DNA of 64,000 nucleotides from Octopus sinensis (lineage: Eukaryota): NCBI RefSeq assembly GCF_006345805.1, contig NC_043013.1, forward strand, positions 38,998,001-39,062,000, written 5' to 3'. The notes beneath the pieces are model-generated. The model was not told the origin of the DNA. It did not search any database and saw nothing but the letters and a program-made list of their open reading frames with translations. Shown piece after piece: positions 24,359 to 37,998 of this stretch (positions are counted from its first letter, which is position 1; each line of letters begins with the position of its first letter). The position numbers were made by a program, and so were the translations under genes.

Positions 24359-26125
24359 CATATGAGTATATGAATACATATATAAATGTATGTGTATTTC
24401 TATTATTCATTTAATGGTTTCAGTCAATGAACTGTAGCCATAATGGCTTTTTAAGTACTTTGAATAAGTACTTCAAGTACCTATTTCAATCTCATTGTTC
24501 GCCCAACCCATGTAAGCATGGAAAGCGGATGGTAAAATGGTGATGGTGGTGGTGGTGGTGGTGCTGTTGCTGCTGTGTGCGTGTGTGTTTGCACACATTT
24601 ACTTTAACACTGACTTGAAACTGGTCTTGTATATGTTTTGCTTTGGCCCCCGTAATGCCTTGTAAGTTATTGGTCAGACAAGGATAAGGGTGAAAGAATA
24701 TATCTCCTTTAATTGTCCCTTTAATATATCTCCTTTAATTGTCCCTTTAATTGTACAAAATCTGTGATAAATTTTCAATCCTTTCCGTTGATAATTCATA
24801 CCTAGTTCTAGGATGTGTGTGTGTGTGTATGTATGTGTGTATGTGTATGTGTTTGTAACTAAAATACAAGTATGATATAAGTTTTTATGTATGTATGCAT
24901 AGGTATATATAGGCACAGGCATGGCTGTGTGGTAAGAAGCTTGCTTTCCAACCACATGATTCTGGATTCAGTCCCAATGGATGGCAGTGTCTTCTGCTAT
25001 AGCCTTGGGCTGTCCAAAGCCTTGTGAGTAGATTTGGTAGACAGAAACTGAAAGAAGCCTTTCATCATCATCATCATCATCATCATTTAACGTCTGCTTT
25101 CCGTGCTCGCATGGGTTGGACGATTTGACTGAGGACTGGTGAGCCAGAGGCTGCACCAGGCTCCAATCTGATCTGGCAAAATTTCTACAGCTGGATGTCC
25201 TTCCTAAAAAGAGTAACAGCAGTGAATTTGCCTTTAGAAAAATATTTCAACTGACCTATTCCTAATCATTGCTCGGTGCTGATACTGTTTTTTTTTTTTT
25301 TAATTCTGACCAGGCAGTCCATTGGCACAACTCACTCACTGATGTTGACCATGTTTAGATAAAGGTATGGATTTGAATCTGCCCAGAGTTATCTCTCTTC
25401 CGTATTTCCCAATGAGGAAGACTGAACAACCAGAAACATGTATCTGGGAATCTGATATTGGGAACCACTGAGCAAATGGGCAGATATGGTGTTTTTACAC
25501 CTTTTACCACAAAAGAGATTTTTTTCTCCACAGTAACTGCAGTGAATTTGCCTCTCAAAATATATCACAAATATATTTTAACCTAAAGTTCCTTTTTTAT
25601 ATATTTATTTATTTATTTATTTATTTATTTATAGATAGATAGAGAGATGGATGGATGGATATATAAATTACTATTAATTGTATATATTGTTATATATTAA
25701 AGATAAAGATAAATTCAATTGTTCAAAACATGAGTTATTGCCCCTTATATAATAATAATAATAATACATAAAGAGAAGTTTTTTTTTTGGGGGGGGGGGG
25801 TCTTTCACTTACACTTCATTATATAAGCTATTCATATCCTCCAGAAAATTATACCTAGCTTGATTTCTAAATTAATCTCATTCAGTATAACAAAATGCAC
25901 TCATGATTTAACACACTCACCGGTAAAATTTCCACTTATTTCTTATTTTTATTTTCCTAAAATTTTCGTTGTGTCTTATAATCTTTTCGATAGGAAAATA
26001 AAAATAAGAAATAATTGGAAATTTTACTGGTGAGTGTGTTAAATTATTAGGCACAAAAAGAAAATGACTCTCCCCAGACACAACAGAATATGCTTCAACA
26101 CACGAACTCATATAAAGAATCTTGC

Positions 26126-26193
<68 letters not shown>

Positions 26194-26205
26194 TGTGTGT
26201 GTGTC

Positions 26206-26242
<37 letters not shown>

Positions 26243-26475
26243 CATTATCTAGACATCACATGATGGTTGCAAACGAGCATCATCATACAAGTGAGGTTAT
26301 TCATCTCCAGCTTTCTGTGAAAAACATGTCTAGTGATGAGAAAATATTACCTTGCTTGGTAACAGGCAATGCTTGGCAACAAGAAAGGCGTCTGTCTATG
26401 TATAAGAAATGTACTTCAATAAATTCCATCTGACCCATGCAAGCACGGTAAAGTGGATGTTAAACAATGACTTAC

Positions 26476-26540
26476 TTGTGTAGAAAAAACACCAGGCACA
26501 TTCCAGAACCTTTTCTCAGCACCCCAGAAACAACCCATAC
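26476..26540 (-). CDS. MsrA: MsrA coding exon 3 ([22 protein letters not shown]), catalytic Cys51
   Basis: TTTCAG acceptor and GTAAGT donor; 65 nt, phase 1-0. Contains the diagnostic GCFWG motif; the Cys codon is TGT. Confidence 0.97.
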
Positions 26541-26910
26541 CTGAAACAAAGATTTCATTCTGCATTATACACACATGAGAGATAAATATCATTTAATGCA
26601 CAGAGTATAAAGATACGAGCCTAAAGATGCTTGAAGACACAAGGCATGTTATGAAAAATTGTCTAGACCCCGTGTCTCCAAAGCATGAAACCATTGGTAG
26701 CTCATATCTTTATATTATGTACATTAAAGGATATACAATAGTGCCTTGATATATGAGTTAATTTGTTCTTGGAGACCACTCATAAATGAAAACTCATAAA
26801 GCAGAGTGATAATTTCCCCTAGTAGCAATGTTATAAATTGTAATTCATTCCCAGAAAAATATTTTACTTATAAAATTTATAATACTCGTAAATAAATGGC
26901 AAATAAACAG

Positions 26911-27603
26911 AATGTAAAGAATATTTAGGCAAAATTTTTTAAAATGTCAAAATTATTTATAATGTAAAGAATATTTTAGGCAAAATAAAAAAATGTCAAA
27001 ATTATTTATAATGTAAAGAATATTTAAGGCAAAATAAAAAAAATGTCAAAATTATTTATAATGTAAAGAATATTTTAGGCAAAATAAAAAAATGTCAAAA
27101 TTATTTATAATGTAAAGAATATTTTAGGCAAAATAAAAAAATGTCAAAATTATTTATAATGTAAATAATATTTTAGGCAAAATAAAAAAATGTCAAAATT
27201 ATTTATAATGTAAAGAATATTTAAGGCAAAATAAAAAAATGTCAATTATTTATAATGTAAGAATATTTTAGGCAAAATAAAAAAATGTCAAAATTATTTA
27301 TAATGTAAAGAATATTTTAGGCAAAATTTAAAAATGTCAAAATATTTATAATGTAAAGAATATTTTAGGCAAAATAAAAAAATGTCAAAATTATTATAAT
27401 GTAAAGAAATTTAGGCAAAATAAAAAAATGTCAAAATTATTTATAATGTAAAGAATATTTTAGGCAAAATAAAAAAATGTCAAAATTATTTATAATGTAA
27501 AGAATATTTTAGGCAAAATAAAAAAAATGTCAAAATTATTTATAATGTAAAGAATATTTTAGGCAAAATAAAAAAAATGTCAAAATTATTTATAATGTAA
27601 AGT
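26911..27603. repeat. ~49-bp AT-rich minisatellite, about 14 copies, in MsrA intron 2
   Basis: Unit TGTAAAGAATATTTTAGGCAAAATAAAAAAATGTCAAAATTATTTATAA. Confidence 0.95.
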
Positions 27604-27784
27604 ATATTATCATTATTATCGTTTTCTGAATCACTTTCTCATGTTGCATTTGGTGTACAGTGACTGTCTGTAGATGTTGTACTGGGTGTAGACTGACAGT
27701 GTGTATATATTGTGTTCAGTGTTGTGTAGATGGCAAAACTGCATTATTATTATTGATATTCTGAAGAGATATTCTGGAACTTAC

Positions 27785-27880
27785 CAAACATTGCATTCTC
27801 AAGATGTTCTGGAAATGGCTCGACTGTGGTCCTTTTATGGACAGCATGTGTTGACGAAACATCCATTTTATCAGCTCTTC
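27785..27880 (-). CDS. MsrA: MsrA coding exon 2 (G-RADKMDVSSTHAVHKRTTVEPFPEHLENAMF-G)
   Basis: TCCACAG acceptor and GTAAGT donor; 96 nt, phase 1-1. TVEPFPE matches the conserved MsrA segment before the active site. Confidence 0.93.
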
Positions 27881-28099
27881 CTGTGGACAGAACATACAGG
27901 TATACATTAGCAATATATCACATTGTATATCATGTGTGTGTGTGTGTGTGTGTGTGTTATAGAGTGGGGAAGCAAAACTTGCCTTAAAAGTTAGACTAAT
28001 ATTTCCCAACGACCACTACACCAAATGTTATGAAACCTAATGCAGAACAAAGAATACATTGTCAGTTAATAATAAACATTTTTTTTGCAGGAAGAGTTG

Positions 28100-28420
28100 A
28101 GAATATGACTGCGTAGGAAGACAAATGCCAAAGAGTATGTGATTTGGTCCATGCACAAGTCAATCCGAAGAGGATCCCAAGCATAGTTGGAGTATTCTTA
28201 GGCACAGTTTATAAAGTTGAGAAGAGAATGGACATGGGCAACAGCATTCAGAGGAAGTCTGGCAGCAGTGGGGCCAACAAAAAGCAGAATCAAGACTTCA
28301 TCAACACCCTCATGGTCCAAAATTTCAATGAACCACATCCATGAGGAAGCTGGTTTCTAAACTTGACCATCAGACCAGCTGTGAATGATGACTTGGGCCT
28401 CAAGCCCTACACCAGGACAT
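28100..28420 (+). mobile_element. Decayed Tc1/mariner-like N-terminal (HTH) fragment
   Basis: LVHAQVNPKRIPSIVGVFLGTVYKVEKRM...IQRKSGSSGANKK...AVNDDLGLKPY resembles the paired-HTH region of Tc1/mariner transposases. Confidence 0.45.
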
Positions 28421-28820
28421 TCTAAGGACTGGATGTATTTTACCTCTCTCTTCTATCTTTTCGTTTGTCCAAGAAAATATTTCTCCACATTTCCTATTTT
28501 ACCCTCATTCTGGTCTAACAACCCTCCATGCTTGTTTTAGTTCGGTTTCCTTGTATGTCTCCACTGTCCTCTTTTTGTTCCCAACTTTGACCCTCCATAA
28601 ATCCAAAATTTTATTTTGGTACTTATGGGAGCAACTGTCTTCGAAGACTCATACCATTGTTCAATGTTCGAAATGAGGAGTAGATAGACAGCTGACAATT
28701 GATGAAGCGTCGTTCTTTATGTTACTTGTCCTGTCTTCCATTTGTTTCTTTTGTTGTTTGCGTATTGAACTCATTTGTTTTTGTATTTCATGTTGTTTAT
28801 TGTTGGTGACATCCTATACC

Positions 28821-28872
<52 letters not shown>

Positions 28873-29338
28873 TATATTATTATTTGATTGAATGCCACGC
28901 ATCCATTTCCAAGTAAGCTTATCTTCATCTTTTTGATATGACTGTACTCTATACTGTTTACTCCCTTATCTTTTTCTACCCTTCACTGCTTTCTATCTGT
29001 CTCTCTCTCTCTCTTCCTCTCCCTTTTTCTCGCTCTCGTTACTCACATGTGACCATCATCCATCTTTCTTTTCCTCACATGAACTTCTTTCTTTTCCTTC
29101 AGGACTGTCCTAAGGACTGGATGTATTCTACCTCATTCTTCTATCTTTACTCTTTTCAAAGAAAATATTTCTCCAGCATTCGCTATTTTATCCTCATTGC
29201 AATCTAACGAGTAGACAAGCAGCTAGCAACTGATGAAGGATCGTTCTTTATGTTACTTGTCTTGGTTTCCATTTGTTTCTTTCATTGTTGGTGTATTGAA
29301 CTTATATATATATGTATATATATATATTATATATATAT

Positions 29339-29375
<37 letters not shown>

Positions 29376-29509
29376 CGTATATATGTACATATATATATAT
29401 ATATTACACACACACATACATATATACATATATACACATACTTATATGCACATATATATATATATACACACACACGTATATATATATACACATATATAAT
29501 ATATATTGC

Positions 29510-29544
<35 letters not shown>

Positions 29545-30300
29545 TACATACATACATACATATATATGAAGATGTAGGTGGAAATATCTCATAATTAAGT
29601 CTAAGAAATTTCAGTTTAAGAGGGAATTTACTAAAAGATTATATAAAGAAAAATATTAATAGTACATCATGTAATATTACAAAACATTTTATAAAAATTA
29701 TAAAAATTTGAAGTAAAAACAGTCTGTCTTCTGTCTGGTGGTGAAGAACATGTTTTGAGATTGGTTGTAGAATTCAAAGTGTTAGAGAATGAAAGCAAGG
29801 GTGTCTATTGTCTAATCTAAAAGAAATCTTTGAGTGTTCCTGTCAAAGGAGTGGCTAAAAAGCCTTTGTTGAATGGGTTTTATGTCCACCTGTGCCTCTG
29901 TGTGTGTGTGGAGGGGGTGTATTGTGTTGAGTGAGCTTTCAATATGTTTTGAAAAATGACCAGCTGTGAGTTGATGGGTGAGTATGTTCTGAAAAATTTC
30001 TTGTTGAGTAAAAGAATTAGGATTTTTGTTTGGGTTGGATGTATTCTTTTGAGTGTCTCCACCTGTGAGTATGTGTGTGTGGCCACCAGCTGTGTGTATG
30101 TTTGTTTTTGTGATGTTTTCATTTTTGTGTATGTGTGTGTGTTTGTGCAATATTTTACTTTTTCTGCATGTGTATATGTTTGTGTGTGTGTGTGTGTGTG
30201 TTCATGATGTTTTCTATTGTATGTGTAAGTGTCTGTTTTTTTTGTGTATGTGTGTATGTTTGTGTGTGTGTGCATGTGTTTGTGTGTGCAGGCATATATA

Positions 30301-30506
30301 CTCTTTTACTTGTTTCAGTCATTTGACTGTGGTCATGCTGGAGCACCACCTTTAGTAGAGCAAATCGACCCCAGGACTTATTCTTTCCAAGCCTAGTACT
30401 TATTCTGTCAGTCTCTTTTGCCGAACCGCTAAGTTACGGGGGATGTAAACACACCAGCATCGGTTGTCAAGTGATGTTGGGGAGACAAACACAGACACAC
30501 AAACAA

Positions 30507-30584
<78 letters not shown>

Positions 30585-30755
30585 CATATATATGACGGGC
30601 TTCTTTTAGTTTCCGTCTACCAAATCCATTCACAAGGCTTTGGTCGCCCAGAGGCTATAGTAGAAGACACTTGCCCAAAGTGCCATGCAGTGGGACTGAA
30701 CCCGGAACCACGTGGTTGGTAAGCAAGCTACTTACCACACAGCCACTCCTACGCC
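30301..30755 (-). mobile_element. Family A SINE, full length
   Basis: Head GGCGTAGGAGTGGCTGTGTGGTAAGTAGC through to the tail. Confidence 0.88.
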
Positions 30756-30877
30756 TATGTTTATTGTGTATATATGTATATTGAAAAATGATTTAGGTCA
30801 TGGAAAGTATTTTTTTAAATGATAATATGTATAAAATTGTTTAAATTTTTTTTTTTATATGTGCCTGTCCTTATATC

Positions 30878-31214
30878 CAGTGGTGGACTGGGTCTAAAAA
30901 TATTGGTTTGCCAGGAGACTAAGGGAGCCCACCTGAGACTACAAGGAGGGGAGGCCCACCCTCAACTCTGATGCTATCATTTATTTTATTTTATTTATTT
31001 TTTGTTATTTTTTGTTAAAAGTAATCTTTTCCACTGTCTACAAACACAGCCAGGCTGAAATAATTAATGCATTCTTCTGGGAGTGAATAAAAAATTCTTG
31101 TACTTGAGGGGATGGGCCCCTTAGATACTAACATAGGTTCCCATATATGGATGCTATTGGCGCAGGGGCCCACTTGCCATCAGGCAAGCTGACAACCTGG
31201 CCAGTCTGCCACTG
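30878..31214. mobile_element. hAT-like MITE, 337 bp
   Basis: 14-bp TIRs CAGTGGTGGACTGG / CCAGTCTGCCACTG (12/14 match). Flanks CTTATATC / TTTATATA are a plausible decayed 8-bp TSD. Confidence 0.65.
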
Positions 31215-31459
31215 TTTATATATTGGTTGTGGCTGGGTCTATTCATTTGCCATTACATTCTGAGTTCAAATTCCGCGGAGGTCACCTTTGCCTTTCATCC
31301 TTTCGGGGGGGGGGGGGTCGATTAAAAAAGTACCAGTTACACACTGGGGTCGATGTAATCGATTTAATCCCTTTGTCCCCTCTGTGTTTAACCCCTTGTG
31401 GGCAATAAAGAAATATATATCTAATTGTGGTTTCTCCTTGTGGAGCAAATCCGCCACCC

Positions 31460-31690
31460 ACAATACAGACAGTTAAAGGTGAGTGAACACATAGAAAGGT
31501 GTGCCAGGAATCTTAATCCCAATTTCCAAATCTTCCCCTTCTATCAATATTCACAGAACACCACAATGCAACAAAGGTTGAATAAAGAGGCATTTTTCAT
31601 CAATAAATATCTCCCCCAACTAAATATGAACACACAACTCAATACAGAACACCACTAACCCCTATACACTCCCTACATCATTCACATTTC
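31460..31690 (+). mobile_element. Penelope-like element C-terminal (GIY-YIG end) fragment
   Basis: VSEHIERCARNLNPNFQIFPFYQ...QRLNKEAFFINKYLPQLN fits the R..KE..FI....P.LN ending of PLE endonucleases. Confidence 0.7.
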
Positions 31691-32306
31691 TAAATCCAGA
31701 ACTACTTACCTCCCTTACAAATAATCCAGAACTATTTACCTCCCTTACAAATAATCTTTTTTCTCAGGAACTATTAGACCTGACACCATGTATTAGCCGG
31801 TGTATACGAAGCAATGAATAGCTTTGCAGAAACCATGGTATGCTTTGTTTTCTGACTTTATAATCACGTCAATAATAATGACTTTTATGACTTCCTCAGT
31901 CCATCTAAATGTATATATTTGTCGTTACCTTTCATAAAAAGCCCTTTTTTTAATTTACAATGTGCATTTTCGTTGATTTTTCATATTTTACCTTTACATT
32001 TCCACGTGTATTTTATATTTTCTTTTTATAATATATTTCTACTATCTATATATATATATATATATATATATACATGAAATATGAATTAGAGATAAAACCA
32101 CTATTAGGCAACTCAAAAAAAAATTTTATTATATTTATATTATTTGTTATTTATGTATTGGTTTATGTCTATCACTGTTTGAGTTGCCTAATAGCGGTTT
32201 TATCTCTAATTCATATTTTATATATTTATACTGAGAAATTTGATTTAATCCTAAATCTAATTTTTCCCTGTAAGTTTGGAGACATACTCCCTAATATTAT
32301 TATTAT

Positions 32307-32339
<33 letters not shown>

Positions 32340-32384
32340 CAAACCAAGACTTATCTCCGCCATACTGAATTAATTCGACTTTGT

Positions 32385-32760
32385 CCCTTAAAATAAGTAT
32401 ATATACATTTGGAAAATCCTGGAGGGTCTTGTCCCAAACTTTGGCATTCAAAGTTACCCCAACCGCAGAATGGGGCGCCACTGCATGGTGCCAAAGATTC
32501 CAACATCATTATCAAAATACAGGACCAGATACTGCAACAGCTTGGGTTTCAGAGGACCACAGCTCTTCAACATCCTCCCTAAATGCCCGAGAGACTTGCA
32601 TGGTGTGGATGTGGGTTTCTTTAAAACTAAACTGGACCTCTTCTTGTCAGGGGTCCCAGATGAACCTACCTCTTGGCAGGAGACACAGATGCGGGCAGCG
32701 GCATTGAACTCCCTTGTTGACCAAGTGCCACGTATCAGAAGTGGATTCACATACTAGTGT
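32385..32760 (+). mobile_element. LINE (L2/CR1 group) 3' fragment
   Basis: GRHCMVPKIP...YCNSLGFRGPQLFNILPK...FKTKLDLFLSGVPDEP...RAAALNSL. Confidence 0.75.
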
Positions 32761-32898
32761 AGCTCATTCAACGGTGGTGCCCCAGCATGGCCGCGGCCAT
32801 CGGGCTGAAACATTTTTAAGGATTGAAGGATTTTATATAAATATATATATATATATATATATAAATACATATATAATGATTATAAATTTAATATATAT

Positions 32899-32953
<55 letters not shown>

Positions 32954-33332
32954 TTTCTTTCTTCCCTGAGCATCTGCTAATACTTTACATGTATCATCTT
33001 TACGCTGTTGCTTTTTTTGGTGTGCTTATTCTTTGCTTTTGGGATTTACTCTCTCCCTATACATATATACACATATATAAACACACACATACATATATAT
33101 ATATACATACATATATATATAAATACATATATACATACATACACATATATACATATATATATATACATACATACACATATATACATATATATATATACAT
33201 ACATATATACATACATACACATATATACATATATATATATATACATATATATATACATACATGTATATACATATATATATCTATCTATCTATCATCATCA
33301 TTTAGCGTCCGTTTTCCATGCTAGCATGGGTT

Positions 33333-33373
<41 letters not shown>

Positions 33374-33468
33374 TACACACATATAATAATAATATAAGGG
33401 AAAATTATTCCAAACTTGCAGGGAAAAATTCAATTTATTGAATTGATAAAAGGTGTTTTTTTCTAATG

Positions 33469-33508
<40 letters not shown>

Positions 33509-33529
33509 CACACACACATATGCCACAAA

Positions 33530-34308
33530 CACCAAACTCTACAGTTAAAACTCTCAATGAAGAGACTCTTAAGGAACTAAAAGAGACCAACACGAATTTG
33601 AGACTTCTAATTAGCAAGATCGATTAACTCACTCACTTTGCACAAGAGGCAAAAGAAAAAGAAGAGAAAGAACAATCTCTGGAACAACTCAATCAACATT
33701 TGTCTGAATTCTGCACCACTCTTCATTCTTTATCTCATAATAATTATTTAAATGAAAATCCATCTACAGATGATACACAAGACAGAGCCACCTCCAGGCT
33801 TACACTATCTATTAAAAACAGCATTATCGACATATGGAATGAAGAACTTAAAGCCAGAAGATTTTCATTCTGGAATATGATTAAAAATAACCACAAGGCA
33901 GAAATTTATGAATGCTGGTTAAATTCTACACCAATAATTTTGCCTCATAAATTCCAAATTAAACGTATTCCAAATGAGCAGGACCTGCAAAGACAATTAA
34001 GGGAGAAACTAACACTGGAAAAAATGAAGACAGAAATAGAACCCCTTAAGCTTAGAGCGCTAAGCAATGAACAAAAATTTAAAAACATAGATAAGGAAAT
34101 CTACAACGAATTCAAGAAACATTCAGATGGTCAAAGCTTGGAAAGTGTTATTAAACTGGGAAAGACAAGCCAATTTCTTTTTTTTAATTACGAAACACAG
34201 TTCAACATAGAAAACACATCGGATAACCCCTTCCTGAAGAAAAATAAACCAAAAAATATCACAGAAATGATCCCACGCTTATCTAACACAAAACTACAGA
34301 CGATCTAA
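33530..34308 (+). pseudogene. Decayed coiled-coil ORF, probably retroelement-derived (unassigned)
   Basis: The 202-aa track ORF has no ATG start and extends upstream through one stop. It has no flanking splice signals and sits antisense within MsrA intron 1. Confidence 0.4.
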
Positions 34309-34809
34309 GGGACACAACTCCACCGACTTAACCACGCTTACACCCCAAAATAACTTTTAAACAACGATCAGGAATTGAGCCCATAATAGAAAAGCTGGGC
34401 GTAATCCTCAAGACATCCCACATACAAATCAAAGGTCCCATCGAAACCTCCAGACCAACCTAAACTTTTGGGAACCAATACCTACAAATACACCCCCATC
34501 ATCTCACAATCAATGGAAGAATTTACCTCCGAGATTTAACCCTCAATATGGTTACTTCAATCATTCAACTAAACACAACCTAACTAGACGACATAACGTC
34601 TCCCTCCAACCATGCTACAATAGTAAAAATAAATTTAACCCAAACCACATCGACCATAGACAATATAACAACCCTCGTTACAACCATAATCTAGTCCGCT
34701 ACAAGATGTATTTCAAAACATGTGTAGACGTGTCAACTTTTGTATTGAAAATGAAGGACGACACTTTCAACACTTCTTATAAAGTCTTTTAAAGTCTAAT
34801 ATATTCTTT

Positions 34810-35113
34810 TGTAAATAATAATAATAATAATGAAATTATTGTATACAGTGCTCAGGTGCACCACAACTTGTCAGAGTATAGTACAAATGTCTGGAAAGCA
34901 AACAATGCATGAGTCAGATACATGCTTGTGTATGTATGGAGGGGAGAAAATCAGGTGTAGTGTTGGCGAATCTCAGAAAGCATGGAAGTTTTGAAGGATG
35001 CAGTGCTCCGACAACTAACAACCGATGCCGGCAGTCTGTTCCATGCTTCAGCAACTCTCAGCGTGAAAAAATGTTTCCTGAAGTCATGGGAGCTGTGCTG
35101 TTTTCTGACTTTG

Positions 35114-35115
<2 letters not shown>
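34810..35115 (-). mobile_element. CR1-like LINE 3' end with an (ATT)n tail
   Basis: YKVRKQHSSHDFRKHFFTLRVAEAWNRLPASVVSCRSTASFK. Confidence 0.8.
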
Positions 35116-35148
<33 letters not shown>

Positions 35149-35777
35149 TCACATGTGGGATGTTGACAATTTTTTTCCCTCCATCTTCCTCTTCTCTTGG
35201 ACTTTCCTCTGTCTCCTGTTTCTGAAGAAGAGCTTTCCTCGAAATGTAAAACAACTTTTTTCTTTCTTCCCTGAGTGTCTGTTTATACTTTGCAAGTACC
35301 ATGTCCTCGCAGTGTTGTTTTTTGCTTCTTATGCTTTTTCTTCGGTTTTTTTTTTTTTGAATTATATAAACAAACAGACATACATACTTATATATATAGG
35401 TGCAGGTGTGGCTGTGGGGTAAGAAGTTTGCTTTCCAACCACATACTTCCAGGTTCAGTTCCACTGCATGACACCTTGGGCAAGTGTCTTGTACAATTGC
35501 CTTCAGCTGACCAAAGCCTTGTGAGTGGATTTCATAGACTAAAACTGAAGGAAGCTCCACGCGTGTGTGTGTGTGTTGCATGTATGCATGTGTGTGTGTG
35601 TGTGTGCATATGTATATGTGTGTGTGTGTATGTATATATATATATATATATATATTCATGAAATAAGGATAAAAATAATGTTAATGACAATTATCAGGTA
35701 GTCAGCAAGGAAAAAAGCAATGTATAGCAATTTATATATTAAATTAATAATTACATATATATTTTTTTTTTTTTTTT

Positions 35778-36144
35778 TTACTTGTTTCAGTCATTTGACT
35801 GCGGCCATGCTGGAGCACCGCCTTTAGTCGAGCAAATCGACCCCGGGACTTATTCTTTGTAAGCCCAGTACTTATTCTATCGGTCTGTTTTGCCGAACCG
35901 CTAAGTGACGGGGATGTAAACACACCAGCATCGGTTGTCAAGCAATGCTAGGGGGACAAACACAGACACACAAATACACATATATATACATATATACGAC
36001 AGGCTTCTTTCAGTTTCCGTCTACCAAATCCACTCACAAGGCATTGGTCGGCCCGGGGCTATAGCAGAAGACATTTGCCCAAGATGCCACGCAGTGGGAT
36101 TGAACCCGGAACCATGTAGTTGGTTAGCAAGCTACTTACCACAC
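35778..36144 (-). mobile_element. Family A SINE
   Basis: Matches the other copies; a + strand partial copy lies at about 35395-35560. Confidence 0.85.
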
Positions 36145-36212
36145 AAGGAAGAAAGTCAAACCAAGGCTTATCTCTGCCATACTGAATTAATTTGACTTTC
36201 TCCCTTAAAATG

Positions 36213-36248
<36 letters not shown>

Positions 36249-37254
36249 TATTAATTTTATATATATCTATATACACACACACACACCACACACACACACG
36301 CCTATGAGTATATATATATATATCATATATATATATATATATATATATATAATGTACTGATCCGTGGTAGAAAATTCAACAAAAAATGTACTCCATCTGG
36401 TGAGAGATAAATATAATTTATATAAAGGTTACAATACATGTATTAAAGTGCTATTAATAGTTTCATATGTTGAAAAAACTCAAACATATTCTTCAGATGC
36501 AAACCACATATCATAACAAACTAAAGAAATTGAGTAATAAAAGAAACATGAAAAAACTATCTGCATTTTCTATATGCTGCCTCCTCAGTTTTTTTCACAT
36601 CTCTTCTATAATTCAATTTCTTTAGTTCATTATGATATGTGGTTTGCATCTGATGAATATGTTTGAGTTTCCTCAACATACAAAACTATTAGTAGTGCTT
36701 TGATATATGTATTGTAACCTTTATATAAATTATATATATAAGTATATAAGGGGCAAAGATATGAAACTAACCACCTTTATTTTTGTGACTCTTCCATGGC
36801 ACAGAAGTATTTTTGACTTCTACTTTTAGTGATGCAGGTGCATCACAGTACCCTTGTATGTATATATATATATCACGTGATCACGTGACCGACCAGTCCA
36901 TCAGATGTAGTTACACATCGCTGGTCACAATGTGTTCGCATTGTTTTTAGCCTTCGAATGACGCCACCCCACCCCCGCTGACTAAGCGAGCAGGCCAACA
37001 GAAAAGAGTGGTGAAAGAGTACAGCAGGATCACCACCCCCCGCAGGAGCCTCGTGGAGCTTTTAGGTGTTTTCGCTCAATAAACACTCACAACGCCTGGT
37101 CTGGGAATCGAAACGCAATCCTACGACTGCGAGTCCGCTGCCCTAACCACTGGGCCATTGCGCCTCCACGCACACACACCACACACACATATTATAATAT
37201 ATGCATGTATGCATGTATGTGTATGTATGTATATGTATGTATATATACATACAT

Positions 37255-37294
<40 letters not shown>

Positions 37295-37661
37295 CTAGCA
37301 GTATCGCGCCAGCGTTGCTCAGGTTTGTAAGGGAAATAACTATAAAGCATTTTTAGAGAGTTATAGCCAAAAAATGGAAAAAATGATGGTAAATTTTTTT
37401 GAGAGTTACAAAGGTGGAGTTGCGTCCCCTAGACAGTTGCGGTTTGTGTTTCGATTCTCGACCCCATGTCGAATTTATCGATTTTTTCAGAACTGGGGGA
37501 ACTTTTCAAAATTTTCACTGCTGCGTTAGTTTTTGAATTATGACATTGGGCTAGTGTGTGTCAAGTTTCATCAGAATCGGTTGAAAGCCGTGGTCAGGGT
37601 GAGGGTACAAGCAAACAGACACACAGAAACACGCACAGACAAACTGCCGTTTATATAGAGA
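37295..37661 (-). mobile_element. Non-autonomous Helitron-like element (relative of 5217-5610)
   Basis: Minus-strand end ...CTGAGCAACGCTGGCGCGATACTGCTAG; shares body sequence with the 5217-5610 copy. Confidence 0.65.
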
Positions 37662-37951
37662 GAGATATATATTATTATTAATTTTGCCAGTACGGCTGAT
37701 ATTCACTGCCACTAGTGATGGTATTTTGATAGTACTATCACTCTTATATTTATTTATAAATACACACACAAACACTCATTATATCCATATATGTATCAAA
37801 ATCTACATGGGACATTTATCAATATGAACCAATAAAGAAAAAAAACAATCTACCTCTTCTCTCCATGTCTCCCCTCTCCCCTACTAATAGAGTTTAATTC
37901 ATAGTCTTCCCTTCCTCACTGCCTCATTCTCTGTGGTCGCTTACGTTACAT

Positions 37952-37998
<47 letters not shown>

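Noticed and set aside
26525-26533. Possibility that this MsrA is a selenoprotein
   Set aside because: The catalytic codon in GCFWG is TGT (Cys), not TGA.
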